A stretch of 64,000 nt of DNA from an uncultured Acidobacteriota bacterium (GTDB taxonomy: Bacteria; Acidobacteriota; Vicinamibacteria; Vicinamibacterales; CAVPJW01), in NCBI GenBank assembly GCA_963826865.1, contig CAWGYQ010000016.1, positions 14,855 to 78,854 on the forward strand, read 5' to 3'. A program made the translations under genes and the position numbers. The notes below the pieces were generated by a model. The model saw nothing but the letters and a program-made list of their open reading frames with translations. It ran no database searches and was not told the DNA's origin. Positions 36,001 to 45,402 of this stretch are shown here, in pieces. Position 1 is the stretch's first letter. Every line of letters starts with the position of its first letter.

Positions 36001-39000
36001 CATTTCGATGGTCCCGTGTGTGCTGGCCAGGGCGAGAGCCCGCGCCACGGCGTGGCGGTCGTGATACTTCTCAATCAGCAGACGCGCCGCCTCTTCACTC
36101 GCGGCAAAGCCGGTGGTGAATGTCATCCGAGCCGTGCCTCCCGGGGGCAGCTGCAGCGTCCGTCGCAGACTGACGATCGGGTCGAGCACGTTCCCCACTG
36201 TTGCGGAAAGCGGACCCCGGCCCGTCATCGCCAACGGCGACCGCGCGTCACCGCCGCGTCCCAGAAAACGGGCACGCGAGGTTTCGTACTCGGCGGGGCC
36301 TGCGATCCGGCCACGTCCAGCGAGCACGTGAAACAGATACGCGCGGGGCTCATGGCCGCGCGGGCGCCGCGAGCAGATCAACGCATCGCGCTCCGACACG
36401 GCCTGCGTTTCGACGAACAGATTGCTGAATGCCGGATGGGCCACATCGCTGGCTTGCGGAGCGAGCACGACCTCCGCATAGCTCGTCACCTCCAGATGAC
36501 GGGTGGTCGAACCACGGTTCGTGATGGATACCCGGCGAAGCTCGGCATCGTCTTCCGAAGACACGGCGACTTCGGTGGTCACCTCGATGTCGCCGTCACG
36601 CCGGCGAAAAACGGCGCGATCGGGCGTGAAGGTCGCTTCGTAGTCTTCCGTGTCGATGAGCGTCGGCTGGTACGCTGCAGACCAGTATTGAAGGTTATCC
36701 CGATCGCGAAGGTAGATGAACGTGCCGCAGGGATCGCGGGTGAGATCTTCGCGCCACCGTGTGACGGCGATATCGCGCCGTTCACTGTAGCCGCCTCCCG
36801 CATTCGTCACCATCACGGTGTACGACCCGTTCGACAGCAGGTGAGCCCTCGGCGACAAGGTGTGCGGCGTTCGATACTGTCGTCCCGCAGGCACCGCGAG
36901 GTTCCGCCTGCTCTTGACCTCCATGCGTTCGGCCGGAGGATGCTTCAGCGGCACGAGGAGCGGGATTCGCTCCTGCAGGAGAAGATCGGCGGCCTTGATG
37001 CGCGGCTCGCCGTGGAACCGCCGGGGCATTACTTGATCGTGGATGGCGTTATTCAACGCGATCAGGCTCATGCCCTGATGGTGCGCCATGAGCGTCTTCA
37101 CCACTTGCCCGCTTCCGTCGGGGCCCATGCGGTTGGGGGTATAGTCGATCGACTCGTAGTAGCCGAAAGGATTCTCCAGGCCTTCATCGGCGAGCCGACG
37201 AAGGTTGGCCACGGTGTCGCTCGGGCAGAGTGGAGCGGCGAGCAGCGTGGCGTAGGGCGTGACCACGAGCTCCTCGCCGAGCCCGCGCTTCAGCCCGAGT
37301 CCAGGCACACCGAAGGCCTTGTATTGATAGTTCTTTTCGAGATCCTGCAGGTTGTAGGCGCCCTCGGAAATTCCCCACGGCACGCCTCGCTCGAGGCCGT
37401 ACGCGATCTGGCGGTCGACCACGGCTGCATACGTCTCGTCGAGCAGCGTCTCCGGATACGACCGCATCACGAGCAGCGGCATCAGGTACTCGAACACCGA
37501 CCCGCTCCAGGAGAGCAGCACCCGGTCGTCTCCAGCCGTCGTGAGTGCCCGCCCGAGCTTGAACCAGTGCTCGCGGGGAATCTGGCCCACTGCGATCGCG
37601 ACAAAGCTGGCGAGCCGCGCCTCCGACGCGAGCAGATCGTAGAACGACGCATCGAGCCGGCCGTCGGTGATGTTAAAGCCGATCGAGAAGAGCTCCCGGT
37701 CAGTGTCGAAGAGAAACTCGAAGTCCATCTCTTCCACGAGGTCGTCGGCGAGCATGCCCACCCTTTCGGCGCGCTCGGCGAGATCCGTTGCCGCGCTTCT
37801 CGAGCGCTCCAGCGCGTCTCGGAACGACGGTGAGTCCACGCGGTGCTCCTCGAGTGCGCCCAGCGCCGCCGTGCACCACGCGGCAATCTGGGCAACCGAC
37901 GGCGAGGATGGCGGATCACCCACAATCGGACGGCCGCCGTGCTCGTCGTCGCTCGTTCGCGGCAGGACGCCAAGGAGGTCGACCCAGGGCGCCAACGCAC
38001 GGAGCTCCCGCTGCCATTGACCAACAGCAGCGGCCAGCCGCTCGGCCAGCTTGTGCAGCTCGCCCAGCGGGGAGGCGGGCCCTGGCCGATCCTGAAGCTC
38101 TTCCTCCACCTCATGAAGAACCACTTCAAATGCCGAAACCCGATCGGCGAGGGTGGTGAGCGTGGGTCCCCAATCCGAAAGGCTCACTGGTCCAGGGCGA
38201 AGCGCGCGCCTGAATGCCACGATCGCCGGCTTGAGGCGAAGCGTCGCCGACCGTTCGCGCCGCCCGTAGCGAAGCACGCGGTCGGCTTCGTGTTCGAGGA
38301 TTGCCGCCGTGTCGTCCAGGCCGTCGAGGACGTGTAAACCGAGCACTGGTCTGGCATCGATCAGTTCGGCGAGCGCCTCTTTCAGGGTCAGCAGATATCC
38401 GGCGAGGTTGCCGCTGTCCACCGTGGAGACATACGTGGGAAGAAGCGGAACGCGCGTCCGCGTGTCGTACCAGTTGTAGAAGTGCCCGCGATAGCGATCG
38501 AGCGCAGCCAGTGTTGAGCACGTGTGCTCGAGACTTTCGATCGTGGCCGAAAGACTGGCATAGCCGAAGTCGTTTGCAGAAACCGTGGCGAGCAGTTGCA
38601 GTCCGATGTTGGTCGGCGACGTGCGATGCGCGATCGGTTCCGCACGGTCCTCCTGATAGTTGTCGGGTATGAGCCAGTTGTCGGCCGGCCCCACGAACTC
38701 TTCGAAGTAGCGCCACGTGCGACGCGCGACATGCCTCAAGATGCGGCGTTCGGTCCTGGTCGGCAATGTGGCCCCGTGCAACCGGGTGCGGCCCGTCGAA
38801 TAGGCGACCGCCGGTGCCGCGAACCAGAGACCGATTGGCACGAGCGCCCACGTCAGACGGCGCGGTGCGAAGACCGCCACCAGCGCCAGGAGAACAGCGG
38901 CGAGGGCCGGAGCCGTCCACATGCGCCGCAGCAGAGAATCCACGTGCCGCAGGCGGCGCGCGGTGGCAGCCGCAGACTCCCACTCGAGAAGATGGCGATG

Positions 39001-40455
39001 CGTGATGAGCAGTCTGATCAGGGTGCGCACGATGGCATCGAGCGCCCAGCACGCGTGATGGGCGAGAAAGACCGTCGAGAACAGGGCAAGACGGGCGCTG
39101 CTGACGAGCCGTCGGCGTTCCGACCGCAGGTGCTCGCGAAGAGGAATACCGTGCGCCCGTTGGCTGAGGGAATGTCCGAGCTCGACATACGCGGGGAATC
39201 CCAGCACCAGGACGGCGATCATGGTCCAGACGAAGGGCGACCCGGGTAGTGCCAGCCAGCTCGCTGCCAGCAGTAACAGCAGCGCTGGCGCGAGCAGGCT
39301 TCGCCGGAGGTTGTCGAGAATCTTCCAGCGCGAAACGAGCGGCAGGATGTTGGGAACGATGGCGCCGCTCGCGGTGGGGACCGTGCGCCACAGCCATCGC
39401 ACGATCTGCCAGTCGCCCCGGATCCAGCGATGCTGCCTTGCGGCCCACACGAGATAGCTGCTTGGATAGTCGTCGACCAGCGTGATGTCCGTGCAGAGCC
39501 CGGCGCGCGCATAGAAACCTTCGAAGAGATCGTGACTGAGCAGCCTGTTCTCCGGCACGCGACCCGCCAGCGATGCCTCGAAGGCGTCCACGTCGTAGAT
39601 GCCCTTGCCAACGTAGGTGCCCTCGTGAAACAGGTCCTGATAGATGTCGCACGACGCCGACGAGTACGGATCGAGACCGACCTGACCCGCGTACACTCGG
39701 GCAAACGTCGTCCGCGTCGCGCTGACGCCGTCCACTTCGATGCGCGGTTGAAGCACAGCGTACCCTTCGGTCACGCGCTCGAGGGTCGGATCGTAACGCG
39801 CCCGGTTCAGCGGGTGCGCGATCGTGCCCACGAGACGGCGGGCCGCGTCGATGGGAAGTCGGGTATCGGAGTCGAGCGTGATGACGTAGCGAACCGACGG
39901 CAGCGCCGACAGCTCGCCGATCTGTACGACGTAGCTGGTGTCCGTGGCGCCACGCAAGAGCCTGTTGAACTCGGCCAGCTTGCCACGCTTTCGTTCCCAC
40001 CCCATCCACTGCTGGTCCACGCCGTTCCAGCGGCGCGCGCGGTGAAAGAAAAAGAAACGATCGGGCCCGTAGCGCTCGTTGAGCTCGCGCGTCAGGCGGC
40101 TGGCTTCCAGGATGATTTCGGAGTCGTCGGGCAGCGTTTCCGTTGCCGCGTCGGGAAAGTCGCCAAGCAGCGCGAAGTGCAGATGTGGATCGCGATTGGC
40201 CAGGAAGCGAACCTCGAGCTGTTCGACGAGGTCCCTAACGCCCCGAGGCGAGCTCAGAATCGTCGGCACCACCACCATCGTCGTGGCACTGGCTGGGATC
40301 CCGTCGGCGAACGCCAGCTTGGGTAGCGGCCGGGGTGGCACCTGCGACGTGATTAGACGGTTCACCATGCTGATGACGAGCTCGCTTACCGGAACGATCA
40401 CGAGCAGGCCGATCAGGTACGAGATCGAATGTGTCGGCACCATGGCGTCGGCCAT
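33019..40455 (-). CDS. Cgs/NdvB-like glucan synthase, C-terminal fragment (TM region, GT84 glycosyltransferase, alpha-barrel and GH94-like phosphorylase domains)
   Basis: Part of ORF 33019..40884. The first sensible ATG is at 40453-40455 (MADAMVPTH). GT block: [14 protein letters not shown] ... RWIRGDWQ. C-terminal cellobiose/chitobiose-phosphorylase-like blocks: [10 protein letters not shown] and [16 protein letters not shown]. Confidence 0.85.
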   Translation of the reverse strand: MADAMVPTHSISYLIGLLVIVPVSELVISMVNRLITSQVPPRPLPKLAFADGIPASATTMVVVPTILSSPRGVRDLVEQLEVRFLANRDPHLHFALLGDFPDAATETLPDDSEIILEASRLTRELNERYGPDRFFFFHRARRWNGVDQQWMGWERKRGKLAEFNRLLRGATDTSYVVQIGELSALPSVRYVITLDSDTRLPIDAARRLVGTIAHPLNRARYDPTLERVTEGYAVLQPRIEVDGVSATRTTFARVYAGQVGLDPYSSASCDIYQDLFHEGTYVGKGIYDVDAFEASLAGRVPENRLLSHDLFEGFYARAGLCTDITLVDDYPSSYLVWAARQHRWIRGDWQIVRWLWRTVPTASGAIVPNILPLVSRWKILDNLRRSLLAPALLLLLAASWLALPGSPFVWTMIAVLVLGFPAYVELGHSLSQRAHGIPLREHLRSERRRLVSSARLALFSTVFLAHHACWALDAIVRTLIRLLITHRHLLEWESAAATARRLRHVDSLLRRMWTAPALAAVLLALVAVFAPRRLTWALVPIGLWFAAPAVAYSTGRTRLHGATLPTRTERRILRHVARRTWRYFEEFVGPADNWLIPDNYQEDRAEPIAHRTSPTNIGLQLLATVSANDFGYASLSATIESLEHTCSTLAALDRYRGHFYNWYDTRTRVPLLPTYVSTVDSGNLAGYLLTLKEALAELIDARPVLGLHVLDGLDDTAAILEHEADRVLRYGRRERSATLRLKPAIVAFRRALRPGPVSLSDWGPTLTTLADRVSAFEVVLHEVEEELQDRPGPASPLGELHKLAERLAAAVGQWQRELRALAPWVDLLGVLPRTSDDEHGGRPIVGDPPSSPSVAQIAAWCTAALGALEEHRVDSPSFRDALERSRSAATDLAERAERVGMLADDLVEEMDFEFLFDTDRELFSIGFNITDGRLDASFYDLLASEARLASFVAIAVGQIPREHWFKLGRALTTAGDDRVLLSWSGSVFEYLMPLLVMRSYPETLLDETYAAVVDRQIAYGLERGVPWGISEGAYNLQDLEKNYQYKAFGVPGLGLKRGLGEELVVTPYATLLAAPLCPSDTVANLRRLADEGLENPFGYYESIDYTPNRMGPDGSGQVVKTLMAHHQGMSLIALNNAIHDQVMPRRFHGEPRIKAADLLLQERIPLLVPLKHPPAERMEVKSRRNLAVPAGRQYRTPHTLSPRAHLLSNGSYTVMVTNAGGGYSERRDIAVTRWREDLTRDPCGTFIYLRDRDNLQYWSAAYQPTLIDTEDYEATFTPDRAVFRRRDGDIEVTTEVAVSSEDDAELRRVSITNRGSTTRHLEVTSYAEVVLAPQASDVAHPAFSNLFVETQAVSERDALICSRRPRGHEPRAYLFHVLAGRGRIAGPAEYETSRARFLGRGGDARSPLAMTGRGPLSATVGNVLDPIVSLRRTLQLPPGGTARMTFTTGFAASEEAARLLIEKYHDRHAVARALALASTHGTIEMRHLNVSDEETRDMQRLFSRVVYGDPRLRSSDAALRNRLAVHHLWGHGISGDLPIVLVRISESSHLSLVRELLKTHEYCRLKGYQFDLVILNELGTSYLQDLQDEVQQMVTMGFSRDWLDRPGGVFARRADLMPPEHQVLLAAVARAVLIGSRGSLNDHLKLPSQPVSVSDALEPETSPVTTAAADVEPGRLMFFNGFGGFEPDAREYVVRVPPGAPTPAPWSNVVANPRFGFVASEMGPGYTWSQNSHENRLTPWSNDAVSDPQGEALYLRDDGTGEYWSSTPRPVPDSQTYLVRHGHGYSTYEHDHGGIRSILSVFVAASDPVKIWRLRLDNRSGPTRRLSAILYVEWVLGEVRERTRLHIRSWLDPATGAIFAANRCRADFGERVAYLHSGEDVRSVTADRTEFLGRNGSLARPAALDRQTLGGRTGTLIDPCGAIQVTIELRAGETADLVFLLGEGLNEAEARATIGRYHTTEQADTALDDVKRQWRDVLTAIQVRTPDASLDVLVNGWLLYQTLSARYWGRTGFYQSSGAFGFRDQLQDALALVSAAPALARAHLLRAASRQFPEGDVQHWWHEPGGQGIRTRCSDDRLWLPYAAMVYIDVTGDEAVLDEPVPFLAGHILEPDQDEFFERPEVSRDTASLYEHCARAVDVSLTTGAHGLPLIGSGDWNDGLNLVGRQGRGESVWLGWFLRDILGRFAEVAERRAEHGRATTYRDRASALERALDLAWDGAWYRRAYFDDGTPLGASVNEECQIDAVAQSWAVLSGGASAERCRVAMDSVDRLLVRRSDRLVLLLTPPFDRMVPDPGYIRGYVPGVRENGGQYTHAALWNALAWARLGDGDRAFELLSMINPVNHAATEEGARRYAVEPYSIPGDVYSVAPHTGRGGWTWYTGSAGWMYRVALEAVLGVSIVNGQLRINPCIPHAWPGYEVMVRLEHARCVVTVDNPHHVCQGVERIELDGNVIDSRSPIAVPRDEGQHTIRVVLGPASR

Positions 40456-41749
40456 ACATGAGCAGGCTCGCCAATGACAGCCCCAGAAGTCCCGCGATAA
40501 CCCCGAGATAGCCGATGGCCGGATGGCGGGACGCGAACCGCGCGGCCCGCTCCCTGATCGAGCGACGGTACCCAAGCTGCTTTTCGAAGGCGAAGCGGCC
40601 CCGCGAAATGAGGTAGTAGCCAATGTGCTTCTCGCGGCTGCCGAGATCGTCGGATTTCGCAGCCGCGGCGCATTCCACGGCCTGCCGCGCGACGTCCGTT
40701 TCGTTTCGGCGTGAGCGGCGGGCCAATTGCTCGACCGATCGCCGGTAGCGGTCGGCCGTCTCGAAGTCCATCGCCCCGTACGCTCGAGCCGGGTCGCCGC
40801 GCAGCACACGCTCGACAAGGCTGATCTGTTCGAAGAACGCGCGCCAGTTGAGCGTCGACAGCAAACGCATGCTGCCGATGACATTGGCGAGCATCAGCTG
40901 TCGCGCCGCCTCCTGCTGGTGCTCCAGGCGAAGCATCTCGTCGGCCGACGTCGACTGCCGGTCGAGACGTTCCTGCAGCCACTGCCACGCCGGCAATATC
41001 GATGGGGGCTCGTCACGAAGCCATTGCAGCAGTTCCACCACGAACGCCGCCGACAGGGCGGACTTCGGATTGACCCAGTGGGACGAGAACCGATCGAACC
41101 AGCCGGGATTGACATCCTCCCGTTCCTTGACCCGGGCAATCCATCTGCGCGCAGCCTGACGCTCTCGTCGAGTTTCCACGACCGCGTCTGCCAGCCGGCT
41201 GAGCTCCTCGACCAACCCGATGCGGAGCATGATGGGAATCGCCCAGACCTCGCCAATGCTGAACGGCACGACGCTCTGGTACACCTCGGAGAAGCGAGTA
41301 AGGCTCTCCAAGTCCAAGCGCGCCTCGGTGTGCGCGATCAGCTCGCTGGCCAGGACGTAGACGCGAGGCAACCCGGCCGATGGTCCGTCGGCGAGTTTGA
41401 CGAGTTGCTGGTAGAAGCGCCTGGGCAGGTCGTGACGGATTTCCCTCATCTGATCGTCGACGACGTGAAAGTTGTCCCTGACCCAGTCTTCCGAGCTGCT
41501 GCTCTCGCGATGAACCGATGGCTCCTCGGCCGTGAGGATCTGGTATGCCTCTTCGAGGCGTGCGGCCGCCTCGTCGAGCCGCGGCAGCAGCGGCTGTATC
41601 TGTCTCGGATCCTGCGAAAGCGTGTGAGAGCTGGCCAGCCGTCGCGCGAATTCCTCGAGCTGCTGAAGCGTCAGGAACTCGCGCGGCGCCGAGGGTTGAA
41701 CAGGAGCGGGAGCGGGAGCGGAGATCGTCGAAGTGTCGGAGGCAGCCAT
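40235..41749 (-). CDS. Cgs/NdvB-like glucan synthase, N-terminal fragment
   Basis: ORF 40235..41764 starts at a TTG; the first ATG is at 41747-41749 (MAASDTS...). Family-typical blocks: [34 protein letters not shown] and [23 protein letters not shown]. The last ~70 codons ([10 protein letters not shown]... onward) look out of frame. Confidence 0.8.
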   Translation of the reverse strand: MAASDTSTISAPAPAPVQPSAPREFLTLQQLEEFARRLASSHTLSQDPRQIQPLLPRLDEAAARLEEAYQILTAEEPSVHRESSSSEDWVRDNFHVVDDQMREIRHDLPRRFYQQLVKLADGPSAGLPRVYVLASELIAHTEARLDLESLTRFSEVYQSVVPFSIGEVWAIPIMLRIGLVEELSRLADAVVETRRERQAARRWIARVKEREDVNPGWFDRFSSHWVNPKSALSAAFVVELLQWLRDEPPSILPAWQWLQERLDRQSTSADEMLRLEHQQEAARQLMLANVIGSMRLLSTLNWRAFFEQISLVERVLRGDPARAYGAMDFETADRYRRSVEQLARRSRRNETDVARQAVECAAAAKSDDLGSREKHIGYYLISRGRFAFEKQLGYRRSIRERAARFASRHPAIGYLGVIAGLLGLSLASLLMYGRRHGADTFDLVPDRPARDRSGKRARHQHGEPSNHVAGATPAATQAGVRRRDPSQCHDDGGGADDSELASGR

Positions 41750-41783
41750 CGTGTCGAGATGCAAGCCGCGTAAGCGAGCGCCT

Positions 41784-44522
41784 TCACGCCGGCGGTGGAA
41801 GACGCGAACTCATCCCGGGCGCCCGGCGCGTGACCGCACTGAGGGCGTGCACCAGTTCCGTCGCCTCGACCGGCTTGGTCAGGTGAACCTGGAAGCCCGC
41901 TTCGATCGCACGCGCGCGATCGTTCTGTCTGGCGTAACCCGTCAGCGCGATAGCGGGAATCAGGCTTACTACCGGATCGCTCGCGGCACGTACCCGGCGG
42001 ATGAAAGTATAGCCGTCTTCGTCCGGCATGCCGACGTCACAAACCACGGCGTCGAACGGTGGCGTCCTCTCCATCTGCTCGAACAGCCGCGCGAGCGCGT
42101 CGCTGGCTCTGGCCACCGCTTCCGCGCGGGCGCCGTGTCGGGTGAGCAGCGCCACCAGCAGGTCTCGCGCATCCGGATCGTCGTCGACGACGAGCACGTA
42201 CGCGGACACGGCGACGTGGCCACCATTGACGGCGCGCGTGGTCTGGGGTTCTCGTTGAGCCGGCTTCTCGTGTTCATCAATCAAGCTCGGCAGGCCGGGC
42301 AATGAGACGACGAACGTGGCGCCCCGGCCCTCTCGCGGTGTCTGGACGCGTACGTCGCCGCCGTGCAAATCCACGAGGTGTCGCACAATCGCAAGGCCCA
42401 GCCCGAGACCGCCGTGCCGGCGCGTCGTGGAGCCGTCCGCCTGCCGAAAGCGATCGAACAGGTAGGGAATGAACTCGGGCGCAATGCCGGGGCCCGTATC
42501 GCTCACGACAATCTCGACGCGCGAGTCCGCTTGTCGAACGAAGACACGAACCTCGCCTCCGCCGGGTGTGAACTTGATGGCATTCCCAACCAGATTCCAG
42601 ACCACCTGCTGCAATCGATCCGGATCGCCGAGCACGGCGCCTGCTCCCGCAGGATCCCCCGTCGTGACGATCGAGATACCTTTGGCCGCCGCCGTGGGAC
42701 GGGTGGCGTCGACGGCGGCATCGACAATCGAGGCGATTTCCACGCGAGTCATCGCGAGCGTGAGCTTGCCGCTCGTGATGCGCGACGCATCGAGGAGGTC
42801 TTCGACCAGCTGTTTCTGCGCCAGGGCGCTGCGCTCGATGGCGCCGAGCGCGCGATCGACGATCGCACCAGACGCGCCGCCTTGGCGCAGAACGTGGACC
42901 CAGCCGAGGATCGGATTGAGGGGAGCTCGAAGCTCGTGGGATACGCTCGCGAGGAACTCCTCCTTCAAACGGTCCGCTTCTTCGGCTTGACGGCGGGCCG
43001 CCTGCGCGTGCGCCAGCAGATCCGCCAGTTCCTGCTGAGCACGCTTGCGTGCCGTGATGTCACGCCAGATTGAACGTACCCGTACGATCTCACCGGCCTC
43101 ACCAGCGACGGCTGACATGCTCAGGCTCACGTCCAGAGCCGTCCCGTCCCGACGCCGCAGCTTGAGATCCTCGTCCCTGATAGGCTCGCGGCGCATGAAG
43201 CTGGTGAGAACGGACGCTGCCGCGGGGACGCTGTCGGGTTCGCAAAGCTCCAGGACCGGCCGGCCGAGCACCTCGTGCTTGCTGTACCCAAGCGCGTCCG
43301 CAAGCGTCTGATTGCATTCGAGAATTTCCCCGGACAACGCGTCGAACGAGCACATCGGATCGGGCGCCCGATCGAAAAGATCCTGGAACCAGCGCTCCGA
43401 GACACGCAAGGAGGCTTCGACGTTCTGCCGCCGCCCGATCTCGTAGCGCAGCGTATCGTTCGCCTTCGCCAACTCCTCCGTGCGGCGCGCCACCTGCTCC
43501 TCCAAGTTGTCGTACGCCGCGAGCAGAGCCCGTTCGGCATGGCGTCGCTTGAAGTCCATTCGTGCGACCGCGCCGGCGCTCGCCCACACGAGCACGATGA
43601 GCACCGCGGTGAACGCCATCGACAGCAGGGCGAGGCCGAACGGATCGTCGTACCAGCCGGCCCGCTCACCAGCGATCCGTACCCAGCCGAGCGCGAGAGG
43701 CACCAGGAGCGCGGCCGGAAGAAAACGGCGGAACAGCGTCCCCGCAGCGCCTCCGGTCATCAGCCGGCCGACGAGCACATTGCGGCGCGCGAACAGCAGG
43801 CCAACGGCGAGCACGGCGAAGCCGATGGCCGTGTGCAGCGCGAACCCTGGATAGCGCGCCACGTCGTGCAGACGCGTGACGTCGTAGGAATAGTTGGCGA
43901 GCGCGAGCCATGAGATGAGCAGCACTGCCAATGCGCAGGTGTCGGCGACGAACCCCGAATACCTGCGCTTCGATCCGATGAGCAGAATGGCCGTGCCGAT
44001 CAGCACGAAATTGATGGCGGTCTGCTGCGACATCCGCCCGGCGTACGGACCGTCGCCGTCGGGCGCGACGATCCAGGTCTCGACGCCAAGTCGAAGCCCG
44101 GTGAGGTACTCGAGCAACGTAAGGCCGGCGAAGATGAGCACCACGCCGATCAGGACCGCGGTGGCGCGAGCACGCCACTGCGGGACATCGCTCCCTTGAG
44201 CCACCGCGAGGGCGACGCCGGTCAGGACGAACGCCAGGGCCGTGTTCGCGACCATCACGCGAAGACCTGGCACGACGCTCTTGAGGGCGGGAATGTCGAA
44301 CATCCAACCGGCCAAGACCGCAATGCCGGTCGCGATCACGAGAAACGCCGAGGCGTAGGCGAGCCCGGGGTTGAGCCCGTCCGCGTGGCGCCGGGCAGTC
44401 GAGGGGGATGCTGCCGAACGGCCGCCCGTTGCCGGGTAGGAAAGCGAGCTGTCCATGGAAGCACCGGATGTGACGCACCTGGGCCGCACCCGCTGGACAA
44501 TGCCGTGCATGATGTGAGCCAC
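41784..44522 (-). CDS. Hybrid sensor histidine kinase/response regulator (multi-TM sensor, PAS, HisKA, HATPase_c, receiver)
   Basis: 912 aa. It has about 8 hydrophobic segments, a PAS region, the H-box SHELRAPLNPILGW, the G-box GGLGLGLAIVRHLVDLHGG, and a receiver (VLVVDDDPDARD...CDVGMPDEDG). The start is uncertain; an alternative ATG is at 44456. Confidence 0.9.
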   Translation of the reverse strand: MAHIMHGIVQRVRPRCVTSGASMDSSLSYPATGGRSAASPSTARRHADGLNPGLAYASAFLVIATGIAVLAGWMFDIPALKSVVPGLRVMVANTALAFVLTGVALAVAQGSDVPQWRARATAVLIGVVLIFAGLTLLEYLTGLRLGVETWIVAPDGDGPYAGRMSQQTAINFVLIGTAILLIGSKRRYSGFVADTCALAVLLISWLALANYSYDVTRLHDVARYPGFALHTAIGFAVLAVGLLFARRNVLVGRLMTGGAAGTLFRRFLPAALLVPLALGWVRIAGERAGWYDDPFGLALLSMAFTAVLIVLVWASAGAVARMDFKRRHAERALLAAYDNLEEQVARRTEELAKANDTLRYEIGRRQNVEASLRVSERWFQDLFDRAPDPMCSFDALSGEILECNQTLADALGYSKHEVLGRPVLELCEPDSVPAAASVLTSFMRREPIRDEDLKLRRRDGTALDVSLSMSAVAGEAGEIVRVRSIWRDITARKRAQQELADLLAHAQAARRQAEEADRLKEEFLASVSHELRAPLNPILGWVHVLRQGGASGAIVDRALGAIERSALAQKQLVEDLLDASRITSGKLTLAMTRVEIASIVDAAVDATRPTAAAKGISIVTTGDPAGAGAVLGDPDRLQQVVWNLVGNAIKFTPGGGEVRVFVRQADSRVEIVVSDTGPGIAPEFIPYLFDRFRQADGSTTRRHGGLGLGLAIVRHLVDLHGGDVRVQTPREGRGATFVVSLPGLPSLIDEHEKPAQREPQTTRAVNGGHVAVSAYVLVVDDDPDARDLLVALLTRHGARAEAVARASDALARLFEQMERTPPFDAVVCDVGMPDEDGYTFIRRVRAASDPVVSLIPAIALTGYARQNDRARAIEAGFQVHLTKPVEATELVHALSAVTRRAPGMSSRLPPPA

Positions 44523-44570
44523 GGCTGGCCGCCCCGCTCGATCCTTTGTGGCCGGGCAGTAAAGACGACA

Positions 44571-44596
44571 GACAACTGAAGTGACCGCAAGTTGTC
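44571..44596. promoter_or_regulatory. Inverted repeat GACAACT-N12-AGTTGTC
   Basis: Perfect 7-bp arms. The same half-site occurs as AGTTGTC-N9-GACAAC at 28869..28890. Confidence 0.3.
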
Positions 44597-44612
44597 ACCG
44601 CCGGCCAAAGCT

Positions 44613-44627
44613 GTAGCGATCCGCTAC
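44613..44627. promoter_or_regulatory. Perfect palindrome GTAGCG-ATC-CGCTAC (candidate enhancer/operator site)
   Basis: Perfect 6-3-6 inverted repeat, 79 bp upstream of the sigma-54-like promoter at 44706. Confidence 0.35.
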
Positions 44628-44705
44628 CGGCGGCGCCAGCGGATGGGCTTGGAAATCTGCACCCCGCCGCGAACACCCGCTTACGCGCAGAGGCCCGTTG
44701 TTCAC

Positions 44706-44721
44706 TGGTATTCCGATTGCA
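44706..44721 (+). promoter_or_regulatory. Candidate sigma-54 promoter for the small membrane protein gene
   Basis: TGGTATTCCGATTGCA has GG at -24 and a perfect TTGCA at -12, with consensus spacing. It lies 86 nt upstream of the ATG at 44807. Confidence 0.45.
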
Positions 44722-44806
44722 GTTCAGGCGGCAGCGCAGTCCTGGGTTCCAGGTCTGATCGCGCTGTCGCAGAGCGCCCTCTACTCCGGCTTCAGGGGAG
44801 GTCCAT

Positions 44807-45019
44807 ATGCGGATCGTCGGTTTCGTCCTGGTGGTCCTGGGGCTGGTTTCGCTCCTCTACGGAGGAATCACCTACACCAGGCGCGAGAAAGTCCTCGACA
44901 TCGGCCCCATCGAAGCCACGGCTGAAAAGCGAGAGACCGTTCCATTACCGCCCATTCTCGGTGCTCTTGCTTTGGCCGGCGGCATTGTGCTGCTGGTGAC
45001 GGACCGGCGTCGGGCCTAG
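44807..45019 (+). CDS. Small two-TM membrane protein (70 aa)
   Basis: GGGAGG lies 5 nt upstream of the ATG. Sequence: MRIVGFVLVVLGLVSLLYGG...LPPILGALALAGGIVLLVTDRRRA. Confidence 0.65.
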   Translation: MRIVGFVLVVLGLVSLLYGGITYTRREKVLDIGPIEATAEKRETVPLPPILGALALAGGIVLLVTDRRRA

Positions 45020-45057
45020 CCGCTCCCACCATTCGGTCCGACCTCGTCGACGTCGTC

Positions 45058-45109
45058 TTGACACGCCCCCACTCGTCCTTCATCATATAAGTTATGACTT
45101 ATGAGTCAT
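45058..45109 (+). promoter_or_regulatory. Promoter plus overlapping palindromes (probable ArsR-family operator) spanning the arsR-like start codon
   Basis: TTGACA (45058-45063), a 17-nt spacer, then CATCAT (45081-45086). Palindromes: ATAAGT-TATG-ACTTAT (45087-45102) and ATGACT-TATG-AGTCAT (45094-45109). The ATG is at 45094. Confidence 0.4.
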
Positions 45110-45402
45110 CGGTGACGGCCCTGTCTGACCCTACCAGGCGCCGGCTGGTCGAGCTCCTTCGCCGCCGTCCCCACGCCGTCGGCGAGCTGGCGCTTCACCT
45201 GGGGGTGAGCCAGCCGGCCGTGTCACAGCATCTCGGTGTGCTTCGCCACGCGCGCCTGGTGCGCGGGCGTCCCGCGGGTCGGCGCCGCCTCTATCAGCTC
45301 GACCCGACCGGGTTTCGCGCCTTGAGAGATTACGTGGATCGGATGTGGACCGATGCGCTGGCCGCTTATGCGCGCTCGCTGGAGAGTCCTGCCCATGACT
45401 GA
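45094..45402 (+). CDS. ArsR/SmtB-family transcriptional regulator
   Basis: The winged-HTH block LSDPTRRRLVELLRRRPHAVGELALHLGVSQPAVSQHLGVLRHARLV is present. Confidence 0.9.
   Translation: MTYESSVTALSDPTRRRLVELLRRRPHAVGELALHLGVSQPAVSQHLGVLRHARLVRGRPAGRRRLYQLDPTGFRALRDYVDRMWTDALAAYARSLESPAHD

Larger units (their letters stand above)
33019..41749 (-). pseudogene. Cyclic beta-1,2-glucan synthase (Cgs/NdvB/ChvB-like; GT84 plus GH94-type phosphorylase), about 2,900 aa if one frame change near 40440-40460 is corrected
   Basis: This is the union of the two fragments listed below. Homology-like continuity runs from ...[23 protein letters not shown] (frame A) into [33 protein letters not shown] (frame B). 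It could be a sequencing error rather than a true pseudogene. Confidence 0.6.

Noticed and set aside
35875-40009. Long ORFs inside the glucan synthase locus: 35875..37833 (plus strand, 652 aa), 38126..40009 (minus strand, 627 aa), 39430..40326 (plus strand) and 40727..41773 (plus strand).
   Set aside because: All are alternative-frame or antisense readings of the Cgs/NdvB-like gene. They are Arg-rich with no domain signatures, whereas the synthase frame carries GT and GH94-like blocks throughout.
40440-40460. Programmed +1 ribosomal frameshifting as the explanation for the split glucan synthase, and likewise for kef at 56108-56117.
   Set aside because: I see no known recoding signal: no slippery or rare-codon/stop context like prfB, and no upstream SD-like stimulator. 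Two unrelated genes share the same GGCCG context, which points to a base-calling error or simple mutation instead.
41704-41723. Short tandem repeat (GAGCGG)x3, and the 30-bp x2 repeat at 28581-28640, considered as possible CRISPR or VNTR elements.
   Set aside because: Both lie inside coding regions and encode APAPAP and PPATPQTPQ peptide repeats. There is no repeat-spacer organisation and there are no cas genes.
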